Positions 1-9,172 of a stretch of DNA of 64,000 nucleotides are shown here, one piece after another. The number at the start of each line of letters is the position of its first letter. The stretch's first letter is position 1. A program made the translations under genes and the position numbers. The notes under the pieces were generated by a model that searched no databases, was not told the DNA's origin, and saw nothing but the letters and a program-made list of their open reading frames with translations. The DNA is taken from the sequence record NC_042013.1, one strand, 5' to 3'.

Positions 1-1303
1 GAACAAATGATTTCCCCGGCTCAAAAAGAATCACATTGAACAGGCGTGGAATATCAATACCAACAGCGGCAGTGCCGTATGTTGCGATAATCAAAACATC
101 ATCGTTGTCGGATGCTTGGGCATAATGTTTGTTTCTCTCTTCCACCTTAACTTTACCATTGATGAATTCAGAATTTGGTAAAAGCTTTTGTAGAGTTTCG
201 CCGGTTTCGATAAGATTAACGAGCACCAACGTATTCCCTGATTTGCGAACGGTGTCGATCATATTTGCCATATAATCAAGCTTGATATCGTCCGTAACAA
301 GGAACTTGTTTTCTTCTTTGAAATCTGCAAATTTGACATAATCAATCATCTGTAGAATATCGATATGGCAATTTGACAATACGCCCTTGTCCATCAAATC
401 TTTTGCGCGAATTTGGCCGGAAACAGGTCCAATAACGCATTCGATGATTTCTGCAAGGTATTTGTCTTTTGGAATGGTCCCTGTAAAACCCCAACGAATA
501 GGAATATCAGCGAACGCACCTGCCAGAAGATTTTTAAGTGTTGGACCAGAACTTCCATGACATTCATCAACCATCACACATACAACGTCTTTGATGAAAT
601 CTTTGAAATCGGTCTTATTGGTTTTAACTTTCTTACTCTTTCCTTTTGCAAGGACATCAAGGCTTTGCCACGTACAAATAGTATGTTGATGACCATATTC
701 TTTTCTATCACCATAAAAAACACCTACATCGAGACCGAGCATCTTGTAGTCTTTTTCGGTTTGTGTTACGAGTGATTTGTTGGGAACAATAACGATGGTT
801 CTACCGTACGTTTCGCATAGAAAACTAAGAGTCGCTGATGTAACTGTTTTTCCACCACCAGTACTAATTATCTGCGTGCTTTGTGTGTTTGAAAGGAAGT
901 TGTTAATAGCATCAACCTGATAATCACGTAAAATGATAGGTTGACCCTCGGCTGGATGGCCTTTAGGCCACACTGCATCCGGCTTGTTGTCTTTTAGATA
1001 ATTTTCATCAATTGGTTTGAAATCAAAAGTATGAGTCTTGCGATTATCCTCAATCTCAATTTCGTAACCATTATTAATGATGACAGGAAGAACACGCTCT
1101 AATGCATTTAGATAAGTTGCACCGTTTAGGTTAAACAAGCTTACGCTTCCGTCCCAATGGCCCATTCTAACTGCCATTGTGTGACGCGCATTGTACATAA
1201 TGTGTTTAACAGCCTCGTAACAATCACGTCGAGTCTTCGGGTCCAAGTTTCTAAAGAAGACGTTAACTTCGTCATCAATTATAAGTTGGGTTGTTTTTGT
1301 CAT
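1..1303 (-). CDS. uvsW: UvsW-like SF2 DNA helicase (3' end runs off window)
   Basis: Hand translation from ATG 1303: LRDYQ Q-motif, Walker A STGGGKT, DECH box, WGFTGT, ATYGTAAVGIDIP; absent from ORF track because truncated. Confidence 0.9.
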   Translation of the reverse strand, partial: MTKTTQLIIDDEVNVFFRNLDPKTRRDCYEAVKHIMYNARHTMAVRMGHWDGSVSLFNLNGATYLNALERVLPVIINNGYEIEIEDNRKTHTFDFKPIDENYLKDNKPDAVWPKGHPAEGQPIILRDYQVDAINNFLSNTQSTQIISTGGGKTVTSATLSFLCETYGRTIVIVPNKSLVTQTEKDYKMLGLDVGVFYGDRKEYGHQHTICTWQSLDVLAKGKSKKVKTNKTDFKDFIKDVVCVMVDECHGSSGPTLKNLLAGAFADIPIRWGFTGTIPKDKYLAEIIECVIGPVSGQIRAKDLMDKGVLSNCHIDILQMIDYVKFADFKEENKFLVTDDIKLDYMANMIDTVRKSGNTLVLVNLIETGETLQKLLPNSEFINGKVKVEERNKHYAQASDNDDVLIIATYGTAAVGIDIPRLFNVILFEPGKSFV

Positions 1304-1428
1304 AATATAAACCTTATTCAATATTCAATGATTATAACAAACCTCTACAAATTAAGTCAAAATTTAATTAATAAAATGGGTTGACCGTTTTCTCATTTAA
1401 TGCTACCGTTTTTTTAAAGGAGATGTTT

Positions 1429-1851
1429 ATGAGGCAGCTATTAAAAAATATCAAAAAATCTGCAATATTTTTTTATCGTCAGATATTTAAACGTAATGGC
1501 CGATTTGTTGTAAATGACACAAACGGTCTTTATATGTATGAGATTTTGAATTTTTCTGATCGTATATGGTTTGCAGACATTGGTTCAGTATTGTATTTCA
1601 AAAACGGGAAGCTTCATCGTGAAGACGGTCCCGCTGTTGATTGCGAATATGTTAAAGTTTGGTTCAAAAACGGCAAGCCGTGCAACGATAATGGCCCGTG
1701 GATTGTATTTAGTTCTGGTGTAATCATTTATTCATATCTACAGCCAAAACCATTTATGCAATTCCCCTCTGGCTTTAAACAATATCTTGATGTATATGGC
1801 AAAGATATTACCGAGCAAGAACATTTACGTGAATACAAACCTATTGATTGA
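1429..1851 (+). CDS. Hypothetical protein with KLHREDGPA-type repeats
   Basis: AAGGAG SD before ATG 1429; motifs GKLHREDGPAV and GKPCNDNGPWI. Confidence 0.65.
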   Translation: MRQLLKNIKKSAIFFYRQIFKRNGRFVVNDTNGLYMYEILNFSDRIWFADIGSVLYFKNGKLHREDGPAVDCEYVKVWFKNGKPCNDNGPWIVFSSGVIIYSYLQPKPFMQFPSGFKQYLDVYGKDITEQEHLREYKPID

Positions 1852-2845
1852 TTTCTTTTTCAACGGCGTACGGGGTAAAACTATAAGAAGAATTTATCTT
1901 CTTAAGAATGGACCGTTCCTTAGGAGTATATAACGTCGACGGTGATATTACCAATTGAAACGTATTAAATCCGCCCGCTTGCATATCAAGTATTGACTTA
2001 AAATATGTAAACTTGCTTTTGTGACTGCCTATTTCAGATGGGTTTTTGTAATGTGTTAGTTGTTTAACACGAGTTATAATATTATCGTCATACCCAATCA
2101 CAGCAATATTTATAGCTGAATCTTCATATTCTTTTACTATATTTGTTAATAATTTAATAATAAGCTTGGGGTCGTGGCTTATTAAGTTGTCACGAATAAT
2201 ATCAATCATTTGTGGTCTGTTTTTGAAAAAATCATCATCTGGTGTTGTTATATCATCGACATAATCTACCTTGTGATCATTTATTATCAAATGCAATTGA
2301 TAAGGAGAGATTCCGCATACATGAAGAAAATCTTTCGTATTTCGATCTAACGTTAATGATTGGTTTAATATAAATGATATGATTGGCTCTTTTTTGTATT
2401 TTGATAGTGTCGAAAAACTACGTAGCAAGGTAATGCGTTTGTCACACTGCACAAAACTATACGTTGTTAATTTTCCATCATCTATAACAAGATCGCAAGC
2501 TGGAACATTATATTTTGTACCAACAAAGTATTCTGGATCATCGGTTTTTGAAAATTCATTGACTTTTTTAAACCGTGTGTTTTTAAACAGTTCTTTGACT
2601 ACAGACGCATTGCTCAAGATACAAATTTTATTAAATCTGGATTCTTCCAATACTTCACCAAATGCTGCAATAGTTGCGGAGTTGGGCGAAAATGGGACAT
2701 ACAAGTGATAGTCATGAAAACGTATTGAATTTTTCATATCCTCAACCGTTATTTCTAACGGGAGTATTGGGTTTCCATTAGAAATCTCGAGGATGTTAGT
2801 TAGTAATTCTAAATTCTTAGGGGTGTTAGGAATCGTGTGTTTCAT
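1841..2845 (-). CDS. Hypothetical protein (334 aa)
   Basis: Long ORF overlapping neighbours in a co-oriented run. Confidence 0.7.
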   Translation of the reverse strand: MKHTIPNTPKNLELLTNILEISNGNPILPLEITVEDMKNSIRFHDYHLYVPFSPNSATIAAFGEVLEESRFNKICILSNASVVKELFKNTRFKKVNEFSKTDDPEYFVGTKYNVPACDLVIDDGKLTTYSFVQCDKRITLLRSFSTLSKYKKEPIISFILNQSLTLDRNTKDFLHVCGISPYQLHLIINDHKVDYVDDITTPDDDFFKNRPQMIDIIRDNLISHDPKLIIKLLTNIVKEYEDSAINIAVIGYDDNIITRVKQLTHYKNPSEIGSHKSKFTYFKSILDMQAGGFNTFQLVISPSTLYTPKERSILKKINSSYSFTPYAVEKEINQ

Positions 2846-3371
2846 CGAATCGAGCCATTTTGAATAGGTATTGTATCAGTTCTTCATTTCCATCGTCAAA
2901 CGTTATAAACTCATCGTCTATTTGATATTCTATTTTGGACGGGGTTGATAACATTCGCAGCGCGTCATATGTCACATCATTCATAGTGAAATCAAATTTC
3001 AGCACCATGTCAGATATAACATCTATATTTTTTGATGTCACCGTGATTGCGAATGAACCTAAATCTGATATATATTCTCCAGATAAATCATACGTGACTA
3101 AATTGTTTAGTTCCTCAGTCCTTGACGCTAAGTATAAAAGAAACGAGTACCTGTCTACGTGATGTATCGTATTCTGGCGAATAAGCTTATGCGTTTGACG
3201 TGAATAGCATTTATCTAAAGCTTGTGGTGATCCGTGTTTTCGTAAGATACGGGTTATGATATCTAATTGTTTTTTAGACCAGTAATCTTGATTAAGAACG
3301 TCGCTAACAAATTGACGTTCCCAATCTGACAATTGGCTAGTATCAATGTATCTAAGTTCGTCTTCAATCAT
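2826..3371 (-). CDS. Hypothetical protein (181 aa)
   Basis: ORF in co-oriented run. Confidence 0.7.
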   Translation of the reverse strand: MIEDELRYIDTSQLSDWERQFVSDVLNQDYWSKKQLDIITRILRKHGSPQALDKCYSRQTHKLIRQNTIHHVDRYSFLLYLASRTEELNNLVTYDLSGEYISDLGSFAITVTSKNIDVISDMVLKFDFTMNDVTYDALRMLSTPSKIEYQIDDEFITFDDGNEELIQYLFKMARFDETHDS

Positions 3372-3435
3372 TTGGTGGTTCCATTTAGTTTAGAACTAAA
3401 CTTTACCACCTATAATGTCATTTGATCAATATTAA

Positions 3436-4215
3436 TTATTGATCAAATTCCCAAAATTCGTTGAATGCAAGAATCGAGCATGGATCATTAGTTACCACAT
3501 TCTCCATTACCATACCATACTTTTTGCGTTCAAATTCACCGTAACGGTTTGGATGAATAATAACTGCATTATCGTGATTTTCATTATGCGACTTAACAGA
3601 TACTAGCCATCCGTTTTTGTCTTTACCACTACCATTATAAAACCAAAAAACAACCCCTTCATCAATTTTTGTATATTTGCAATCGGTGGGGATGCAGATA
3701 TCAAGAATTATGAAATTACTTCCGTATTGTTTAGATAATTCAAAAAATCTAGATCGAGGAAGGGATACCCGCTTATTTTTTACATGATTAAAATATTTCA
3801 ATGTATCACAACGGTACTCGTCATCATCAGGAGTCAGTTTCCAGAATTCATTGAAATTATTATCAACACCTCCCCAAGAAATACCATTTAACATCCAACA
3901 TATATTGTTCACAAAATCAAATGTGCCATAGTTATGATCACGAATGATTACAATATCTCTCATATCATAGAGAGTTTTAATAGGTTTCAAGCAAGTCGTA
4001 AGAAATTGATATCCGTGAGGATCAAGAATTTGGCGAGAATCCTCTAGGCGAAAAACAACCCCCTTGTTATCAAATGTCTCGTGGGGTGCACCATTCATAT
4101 CAATATCAAGGACTACAACCTCAAATCCATATTTCATGTACAAAGACAACTTTTCGCTATCATCGATATCAACAATACGATGTTTGATATGTGGAAATAT
4201 ATCAATAATAGCCAT
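3436..4215 (-). CDS. Hypothetical protein (259 aa)
   Basis: ORF abutting upstream gene. Confidence 0.7.
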   Translation of the reverse strand: MAIIDIFPHIKHRIVDIDDSEKLSLYMKYGFEVVVLDIDMNGAPHETFDNKGVVFRLEDSRQILDPHGYQFLTTCLKPIKTLYDMRDIVIIRDHNYGTFDFVNNICWMLNGISWGGVDNNFNEFWKLTPDDDEYRCDTLKYFNHVKNKRVSLPRSRFFELSKQYGSNFIILDICIPTDCKYTKIDEGVVFWFYNGSGKDKNGWLVSVKSHNENHDNAVIIHPNRYGEFERKKYGMVMENVVTNDPCSILAFNEFWEFDQ

Positions 4216-4217
4216 AA

Positions 4218-4535
4218 TTATTCAGACGTTCGAATAACGACAAGGCAATCATCAGAAAAACCATCACAAACCATGAAACGATAAAGTTCTGGCTTTTCAG
4301 TTCGAACATATTCAAGAGTATCAAAATCATTCGAGTAATAAATTGAGTACAATGGCGATCCGTCGCAATCACGGGTATGCTCACATACATAACCTCGAAT
4401 GCCGTGATGATCGGAATAGTGAAGATTAACCTCAACCAAAGTCTTAAGAGGAATTTTATGCTGAATTAGCATGTTCTTAGGGCGATCAAGTTGAGCAACG
4501 TTAATATATGTGGTCACGTCAATTATCCTTTCCAA
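4218..4535 (-). CDS. Hypothetical phage protein (RDCDGSPLY motif)
   Basis: ORF overlapping RNA ligase stop. Confidence 0.7.
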   Translation of the reverse strand: MERIIDVTTYINVAQLDRPKNMLIQHKIPLKTLVEVNLHYSDHHGIRGYVCEHTRDCDGSPLYSIYYSNDFDTLEYVRTEKPELYRFMVCDGFSDDCLVVIRTSE

Positions 4536-5208
4536 TTAATTTGTTTGGGGTCCAATTCTTGGTCCAGTGTTGATCTGTTTGAACGTGGTTTTTTCTTACA
4601 AATTTAGCTACGTTGTCTTTGAAATCAGAAACATCAAACGTTTCAACCGACGAAACCACTATACCCTCTACAGCGGTAGTGTCAATACTGTTACAAATAC
4701 TTTTGACTTTTTTCTCATCCCAAATACCACGATACAATACAGGAACAACAGTAAGATTAAGTTCTTCGGCCCAAAGCAAACATTCGTCCCAATGCAATCT
4801 ACGTGTATCATCATACACCCCGAACATTTCAAAATAGTCGGTCAAATTGTCATATGAAATAGAATGCTTAGCATATAAATTTTCACCGCATACACGTAGA
4901 GTGTCAGGGAGACGGAAAGAAACCTCCCGCCATTTCTTGATGAAAAAACTTTGATATTCTTTCCCTGTTCCATCTACACTACGTGCGTGTACATAACCAT
5001 CAGCGTATCCGGTGGTATTTTCGCCGTCGCGTTTTTCGGTAACAATAACTTCTTTACCAACAAAGGAACTACAATCTCGAAGTTTCTTATCATCCGAAGT
5101 TGCTCCTTCCGACCACGGTAAATGAAAAGTGCGCGGATAGGAATGACGTTGAATATTATTCACCTTCGACAACCGTATATTTTTCGATTTCGGATGTTTC
5201 ATTAGCAA
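4519..5208 (-). CDS. RNA ligase (ATP-dependent nucleotidyltransferase family)
   Basis: YPRTFHLPWS N-terminus, motif I TEKRDGEN, CGENLYAKHSI, VEGIVV, AKFVRKNHVQT; exact start uncertain. Confidence 0.8.
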   Translation of the reverse strand: MLMKHPKSKNIRLSKVNNIQRHSYPRTFHLPWSEGATSDDKKLRDCSSFVGKEVIVTEKRDGENTTGYADGYVHARSVDGTGKEYQSFFIKKWREVSFRLPDTLRVCGENLYAKHSISYDNLTDYFEMFGVYDDTRRLHWDECLLWAEELNLTVVPVLYRGIWDEKKVKSICNSIDTTAVEGIVVSSVETFDVSDFKDNVAKFVRKNHVQTDQHWTKNWTPNKLIGKDN

Positions 5209-5374
5209 GATTGATTACGTTCGTAAGAACATTATGATTGGCGATAGGCCCAACGGTGAACCATCCGTAATCATTCTCTGGAGTAAATTTAATGGTTGCG
5301 TGAACAACTTCAAACAGAGATGCAAAAACCTTCGCACTATCCTCAACATTGGTCTTGATAACTACGTGTGTCAC
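5156..5374 (-). CDS. Small early hypothetical protein
   Basis: GGAG SD and early promoter directly upstream; GTG start. Confidence 0.65.
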   Translation of the reverse strand: MTHVVIKTNVEDSAKVFASLFEVVHATIKFTPENDYGWFTVGPIANHNVLTNVINLANETSEIEKYTVVEGE

Positions 5375-5390
5375 CTTAGTTCTCCATTAT

Positions 5391-5434
5391 TCGTTTCGAT
5401 GATTAAGTTATATATCATCGTCAAATAAAGTCAA
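5391..5434 (-). promoter_or_regulatory. Early promoter with ATCGAAACG leader box
   Basis: TTGACT-N16-TATAAC then ATCGAAACGA and GGAG. Confidence 0.85.
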
Positions 5435-5742
5435 CACTTTATTTTGAAAATACGTTCGTCTATTCGCTTACCTTCACGATAAAAGGATTTCTTACCGGAA
5501 GCCCATATAACGGCTGGTCCATCATCACGATGTCTCTTACCTTCGTAATGATACTCTTGATTACCAAGATGATCAATGATCGCAGGCCCACCTACACGAT
5601 GTAGCTTTCCATAACGATAATATTCCACCGTCCCATTCTTCCAAACGATTGCCGGTTCGGTAGGATGGTGGAGTTTATTTTTCAAACGCCATTCTGTGCG
5701 ATTATCATAATAACGAACGGTATATTCAATATATTCTGTCAT
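5431..5742 (-). CDS. Hypothetical protein with LHRxxGPA repeats
   Basis: KLHHPTEPAIV, KLHRVGGPAII, KRHRDDGPAVI tandem repeats. Confidence 0.75.
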   Translation of the reverse strand: MTEYIEYTVRYYDNRTEWRLKNKLHHPTEPAIVWKNGTVEYYRYGKLHRVGGPAIIDHLGNQEYHYEGKRHRDDGPAVIWASGKKSFYREGKRIDERIFKIKC

Positions 5743-6062
5743 AGTTTAAAATATAACCCCTCTTTTTCACAAAATGTTGCGATAATGACTGCCGTTATAA
5801 TATCTGTTTGTGATGAAATAGTGTCTTCACCATCAACATCTAATACTACAAGGCGTTTATGATAACGATATTCTTCACAACGAGTATCATTCGTTTTAGG
5901 CCAATTATCTTCTTTTGCACTGTTATTCCAATCCCACGCTTTTTCAGCAGGTAGTTTTTTATTAAGACGTAAAGCACAATACACGGTAGTGTCAGTGACC
6001 GTATAATTTGAATAGCCATCATCTTTTTCAAACAAAAATCTACAACCAATACAACTCTTCAC
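5739..6062 (-). CDS. Cys-containing hypothetical protein
   Basis: ORF overlapping downstream start; CxxC near N-terminus. Confidence 0.65.
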   Translation of the reverse strand: MKSCIGCRFLFEKDDGYSNYTVTDTTVYCALRLNKKLPAEKAWDWNNSAKEDNWPKTNDTRCEEYRYHKRLVVLDVDGEDTISSQTDIITAVIIATFCEKEGLYFKL

Positions 6063-6120
6063 ATCTAAATCCTTTTTTGATAATCTATTTGTAATGTATT
6101 TTTTAAAAAAGTCAACAAAA

Positions 6121-6150
6121 AAGGTGATGATAGTTTCCCATCATCACCTT
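6121..6150 (-). terminator. Intrinsic terminator after tRNA
   Basis: Perfect 10-bp stem AAGGTGATGA/TCATCACCTT followed by a T-run on the minus strand. Confidence 0.8.
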
Positions 6151-6155
6151 GTTTA

Positions 6156-6280
6156 TGGTAGGCGCTGTCGGGCTCGAACCGACGACCCTCTGCTTACTGT
6201 TGCCTTAGTGGATTTGCACCACGTATCCCGTTTTGGATCAGGCCAAAGGCAGATGCTCTAACCAACTGAGCTAAGCGCCC
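6156..6280 (-). tRNA. tRNA with 48-nt anticodon-loop insertion; isotype unresolved
   Basis: Acceptor GGGCGCT/AGCGCCT, D-arm GCTC/GAGC, anticodon stem TCTGC/GCAGA enclosing 55 nt, T-arm GTCGG-TTCGAGC-CCGAC, encoded ACCA. Confidence 0.85.
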
Positions 6281-6298
6281 TTGCTTTTCAATATGTTA

Positions 6299-6327
6299 AA
6301 TATAGCAAAAGCCGTTTGCGGTGTCAA
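6299..6327 (-). promoter_or_regulatory. Sigma70-type promoter for the tRNA
   Basis: TTGACA-N17-TATATT, 18 nt upstream of tRNA 5' end. Confidence 0.7.
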
Positions 6328-6346
6328 CTATTTATTGGAAAAAAAC

Positions 6347-7009
6347 ATGTTTAAATGCGAAGAAATGTCAAAATCGGCATTTAAAAGAATGAAAATTAAA
6401 AATGATGAATATTTTTGTGTAATGTGTGATGTTAAAGGAGAATGGAACGGCAAACCATTGTCATTACACGTAGATCATATAGATGGAAATAATCGTAATA
6501 ACAAAATAGATAACTTAAGAATGTTATGCCCTAACTGTCATTCACAGACAGAAACGTATTGTGGAAATAATAATAAAAGAGGATACCACGCCGGAAATCT
6601 CAAAGTTAGTGACGAGAAGCTTTTAAAAGCTATGAAAGAAAATGTTCTACCAACGGACGCGTTGAAATCTGTAAAACTGGCCGGTGCGGGCAATTATGCT
6701 AGAATATATAAATTAGCGGAAACCCACAGTATCGAGCATATGAAAAGGAAAGAAAAGCCGGAATATTCATTTGAATGTAATCATTGCAACAATAAGGTGC
6801 ACGTCACTAATAAAAAAGATATTAAAAAATATTGTTCAATAGAGTGTTTTAGGACCAGCCGTGATAAAGATGCACCATTGACCAATATCTCAGTTAATGA
6901 AATAATTTCAAAACTTGAGGAATTTAATGGTAACTTTACACGAACTGGTCTGTTTTTCAAAGTATCTGATAATGCTATAAGAAAAAAGATAAAATCCTAT
7001 TATCCTTGA
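6347..7009 (+). CDS. Free-standing HNH homing endonuclease
   Basis: CVMC ... LHVDHIDGNNRNNKIDNLRMLCPNCHSQT; second Cys cluster CNHC...YCSIEC; start probably ATG 6347. Confidence 0.88.
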   Translation: MFKCEEMSKSAFKRMKIKNDEYFCVMCDVKGEWNGKPLSLHVDHIDGNNRNNKIDNLRMLCPNCHSQTETYCGNNNKRGYHAGNLKVSDEKLLKAMKENVLPTDALKSVKLAGAGNYARIYKLAETHSIEHMKRKEKPEYSFECNHCNNKVHVTNKKDIKKYCSIECFRTSRDKDAPLTNISVNEIISKLEEFNGNFTRTGLFFKVSDNAIRKKIKSYYP

Positions 7010-7191
7010 AACGATGCGATTGCCTCATTATCCATAAAAATAGTAATTTCGTATGGGATAGTAAGGATGTTACGATATTCTCCTACAAACAGTGAAGCGA
7101 GAGTAAGTGGATCATCAGTTCCGAATGTTGCGACTTCAACGTCTTTAAAATCAGTTTCAGCGGTACGAATTTTAACAACTGCGGTCATCAA
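7000..7191 (-). CDS. Small hypothetical protein
   Basis: ORF with GGAG SD downstream of uvsY. Confidence 0.55.
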   Translation of the reverse strand: MMTAVVKIRTAETDFKDVEVATFGTDDPLTLASLFVGEYRNILTIPYEITIFMDNEAIASFQG

Positions 7192-7253
7192 ATATCTCCT
7201 CTATTTAGTTTCTAAATTACATATATAGCAAAGAAACATAAAGTCAAGAGAAT

Positions 7254-7721
7254 TTATACAGAAAAATCTTCCATTCCACTAACTCTAAGTTTTGTAAGAT
7301 TTCCTATTTGCCACTGCTTTGCGTCAAGTCCTTTCATTATTCCCATATACGCATTACGCACAAGTGCGATTTCATTTATAAGATGATTAAGTTCAACGAC
7401 CTTTGGATCAGCATCGGCATACTTTTCAGCCTCACGTGCTGATAGTGCTTTATTATAATGTTCAAGATAGCCTTTGAATACTACACCTTTTTTCTTAGTA
7501 TGCAATATTTCTACAAATTTCAAGATAGCCTCAACCTCTTGATATTGACCAAAACGATGTTCAACAATACCGGGCAAATCTGCCGCAGCTTTTGCAACGG
7601 AACCGCTGAGTTTAACCTCGTACTTTGCATCCTGTAATTCTTGTTCGAAATACAAGATTGCATCAACAAGTGAGCTTAAATCGTCTGGATTGCTTGAAAC
7701 TTTTCTAAACCAATGATGCAT
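7254..7721 (-). CDS. uvsY: UvsY-like recombination mediator
   Basis: Helical 155-aa protein ending GLDAKQWQIGNLTKLRVSGME, resembling T4 UvsY; uvsW/uvsX/gp32 nearby. Confidence 0.7.
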   Translation of the reverse strand: MHHWFRKVSSNPDDLSSLVDAILYFEQELQDAKYEVKLSGSVAKAAADLPGIVEHRFGQYQEVEAILKFVEILHTKKKGVVFKGYLEHYNKALSAREAEKYADADPKVVELNHLINEIALVRNAYMGIMKGLDAKQWQIGNLTKLRVSGMEDFSV

Positions 7722-7768
7722 ATCTTGTATTCCTTTTTATTAATATTACCATTAACAATGGGATTATA

Positions 7769-8038
7769 TCAATAATCGTAGTCGTATTCTTCCTCTTCAT
7801 CCATTTCAGGTTCTTCACGATAATCAGCAAGAATTCTATCAAGGATAGCGTCTTCACCGTGAAGATCACTTGCCACTTCTTCTAAATCCGCGCCAGCATT
7901 CGAAAATACTTTAACAAGCTTATTAGCTACATCTTCGCGCTTGCTTGCAGATACGGAGTCTTTTACTAATTCCCAAACATTTAGGACGAGTTCTGAGTAT
8001 TCATTCATTTTTGCTTCAACCTTATTAATATAGACCAT
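7769..8038 (-). CDS. Acidic hypothetical protein
   Basis: ORF upstream of uvsY, behind TATAAATA at 8081-8088; start may be 8008. Confidence 0.65.
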   Translation of the reverse strand: MVYINKVEAKMNEYSELVLNVWELVKDSVSASKREDVANKLVKVFSNAGADLEEVASDLHGEDAILDRILADYREEPEMDEEEEYDYDY

Positions 8039-8135
8039 GATCGGTTTACTCGTTATTTAGTGAAAACCAATCTATTGACATATTTATAAATTAACATATG
8101 ATACGAGACGATTGCTATATAAAAAGGAGTGAAAC

Positions 8136-8357
8136 GTGGATTTGCACAATCTCACCATCGAACAAGTTCAAAAGATAATGGACGACGAAAAAGATTTTAG
8201 CCGTTGTATATCAATCGAATACATTGGTACTAATATGTTTGATGAAACCATTCCAAAATATAGAATGAAATGGTTTGATGAAATTGATGCAGAAGAAGTA
8301 GAAGATTCCATTATGATTTTCACGCGTGATGATGGATCACATTGGATTAGATATTGA
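8136..8357 (+). CDS. Early hypothetical protein
   Basis: AAGGAG SD; TTGACA-N16-TATGAT at 8075-8102. Confidence 0.7.
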   Translation: MDLHNLTIEQVQKIMDDEKDFSRCISIEYIGTNMFDETIPKYRMKWFDEIDAEEVEDSIMIFTRDDGSHWIRY

Positions 8358-8369
8358 AAGGAGAATAAA

Positions 8370-8852
8370 ATGGGTGCAGTTGTTAAGTTGCTTGATTTTT
8401 CTAAAGGTATTCCTACAAAAGACCATCCTGATCTGAATACCACTGACACGTATGTTATTATGCGCGAAGGTGAATATTTCGCGGTGACCCTATCTTCTGT
8501 GTGGTTTGGGTATAACATGTATGGACGTGGTATTAACGGCCAGCTTGATGTCCCCGGTACAAACGGGTGTAGAATTCAGCATATGTGGAAAGTTATTGAT
8601 AGTGCTGGCTTGCGTTCTGGAGAATCTATTTTGGAATCGGCTGGTATAGACACCGTTGCTTTTAGCAAGGATAGTGAATTGAAATTTGCTATTGATTGTA
8701 AAAATTATGCAATCAGTCACGGATTGGTTTCAAACGGTAGGAAAATCACCGAGGAATCACCTATCGAAGCTTGGATGTATAATAGCACTCTTCCTAAAAT
8801 GGAGCGCCTCGATTCCGATGATGATGATGATGATGATGATGATTGGGACTAA
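8370..8852 (+). CDS. Hypothetical protein with poly-Asp tail
   Basis: AAGGAG SD; GAT repeat encodes C-terminal Asp run. Confidence 0.75.
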   Translation: MGAVVKLLDFSKGIPTKDHPDLNTTDTYVIMREGEYFAVTLSSVWFGYNMYGRGINGQLDVPGTNGCRIQHMWKVIDSAGLRSGESILESAGIDTVAFSKDSELKFAIDCKNYAISHGLVSNGRKITEESPIEAWMYNSTLPKMERLDSDDDDDDDDDWD

Positions 8853-8854
8853 TA

Positions 8855-8880
8855 AAAAGGCGGGAATTATCCCGCCTTTT
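8855..8880. terminator. Bidirectional terminator
   Basis: AAAAGGCGGGA-atta-TCCCGCCTTTT between convergent genes. Confidence 0.85.
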
Positions 8881-9172
8881 CGGTTTTAATAATAACATCG
8901 TATGCTTTAATACCAGATGGTGAAATTCTCGAAACCTTATACTTTGTTAAATCTTTAATACGATATTGGGTAGTATCCTTGGTTTCATAATCTATAGAAA
9001 TGAAACCAACGCAATCCTCGTATAATTGACGGCATTCAATGCGTTTGTTGTTAACGGCCACTGACCATTTTTCATTGTGGATTGTAACAACATTTCTTTT
9101 TGATTCTTTGTGCCACTTATTCTTTTTGGCAAGGTTTTTGACCAGATTGCGGCTATCGTTGTTGCTTGTCAT
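8867..9172 (-). CDS. Basic hypothetical protein
   Basis: ORF; start placed at MTSNND, overlapping the methyltransferase stop. Confidence 0.55.
   Translation of the reverse strand: MTSNNDSRNLVKNLAKKNKWHKESKRNVVTIHNEKWSVAVNNKRIECRQLYEDCVGFISIDYETKDTTQYRIKDLTKYKVSRISPSGIKAYDVIIKTEKAG

Noticed and set aside
6194-6248. Insertion as a group I intron or canonical archaeal BHB intron
   Set aside because: 48 nt is too short and lacks P7/omega-G context; the BHB central helix has a mismatch and no proper second bulge, so no isotype was assigned.
8813-8845. GAT microsatellite
   Set aside because: Simply encodes a poly-Asp C-terminal tail; no sign of phase variation since the unit is 3 nt.
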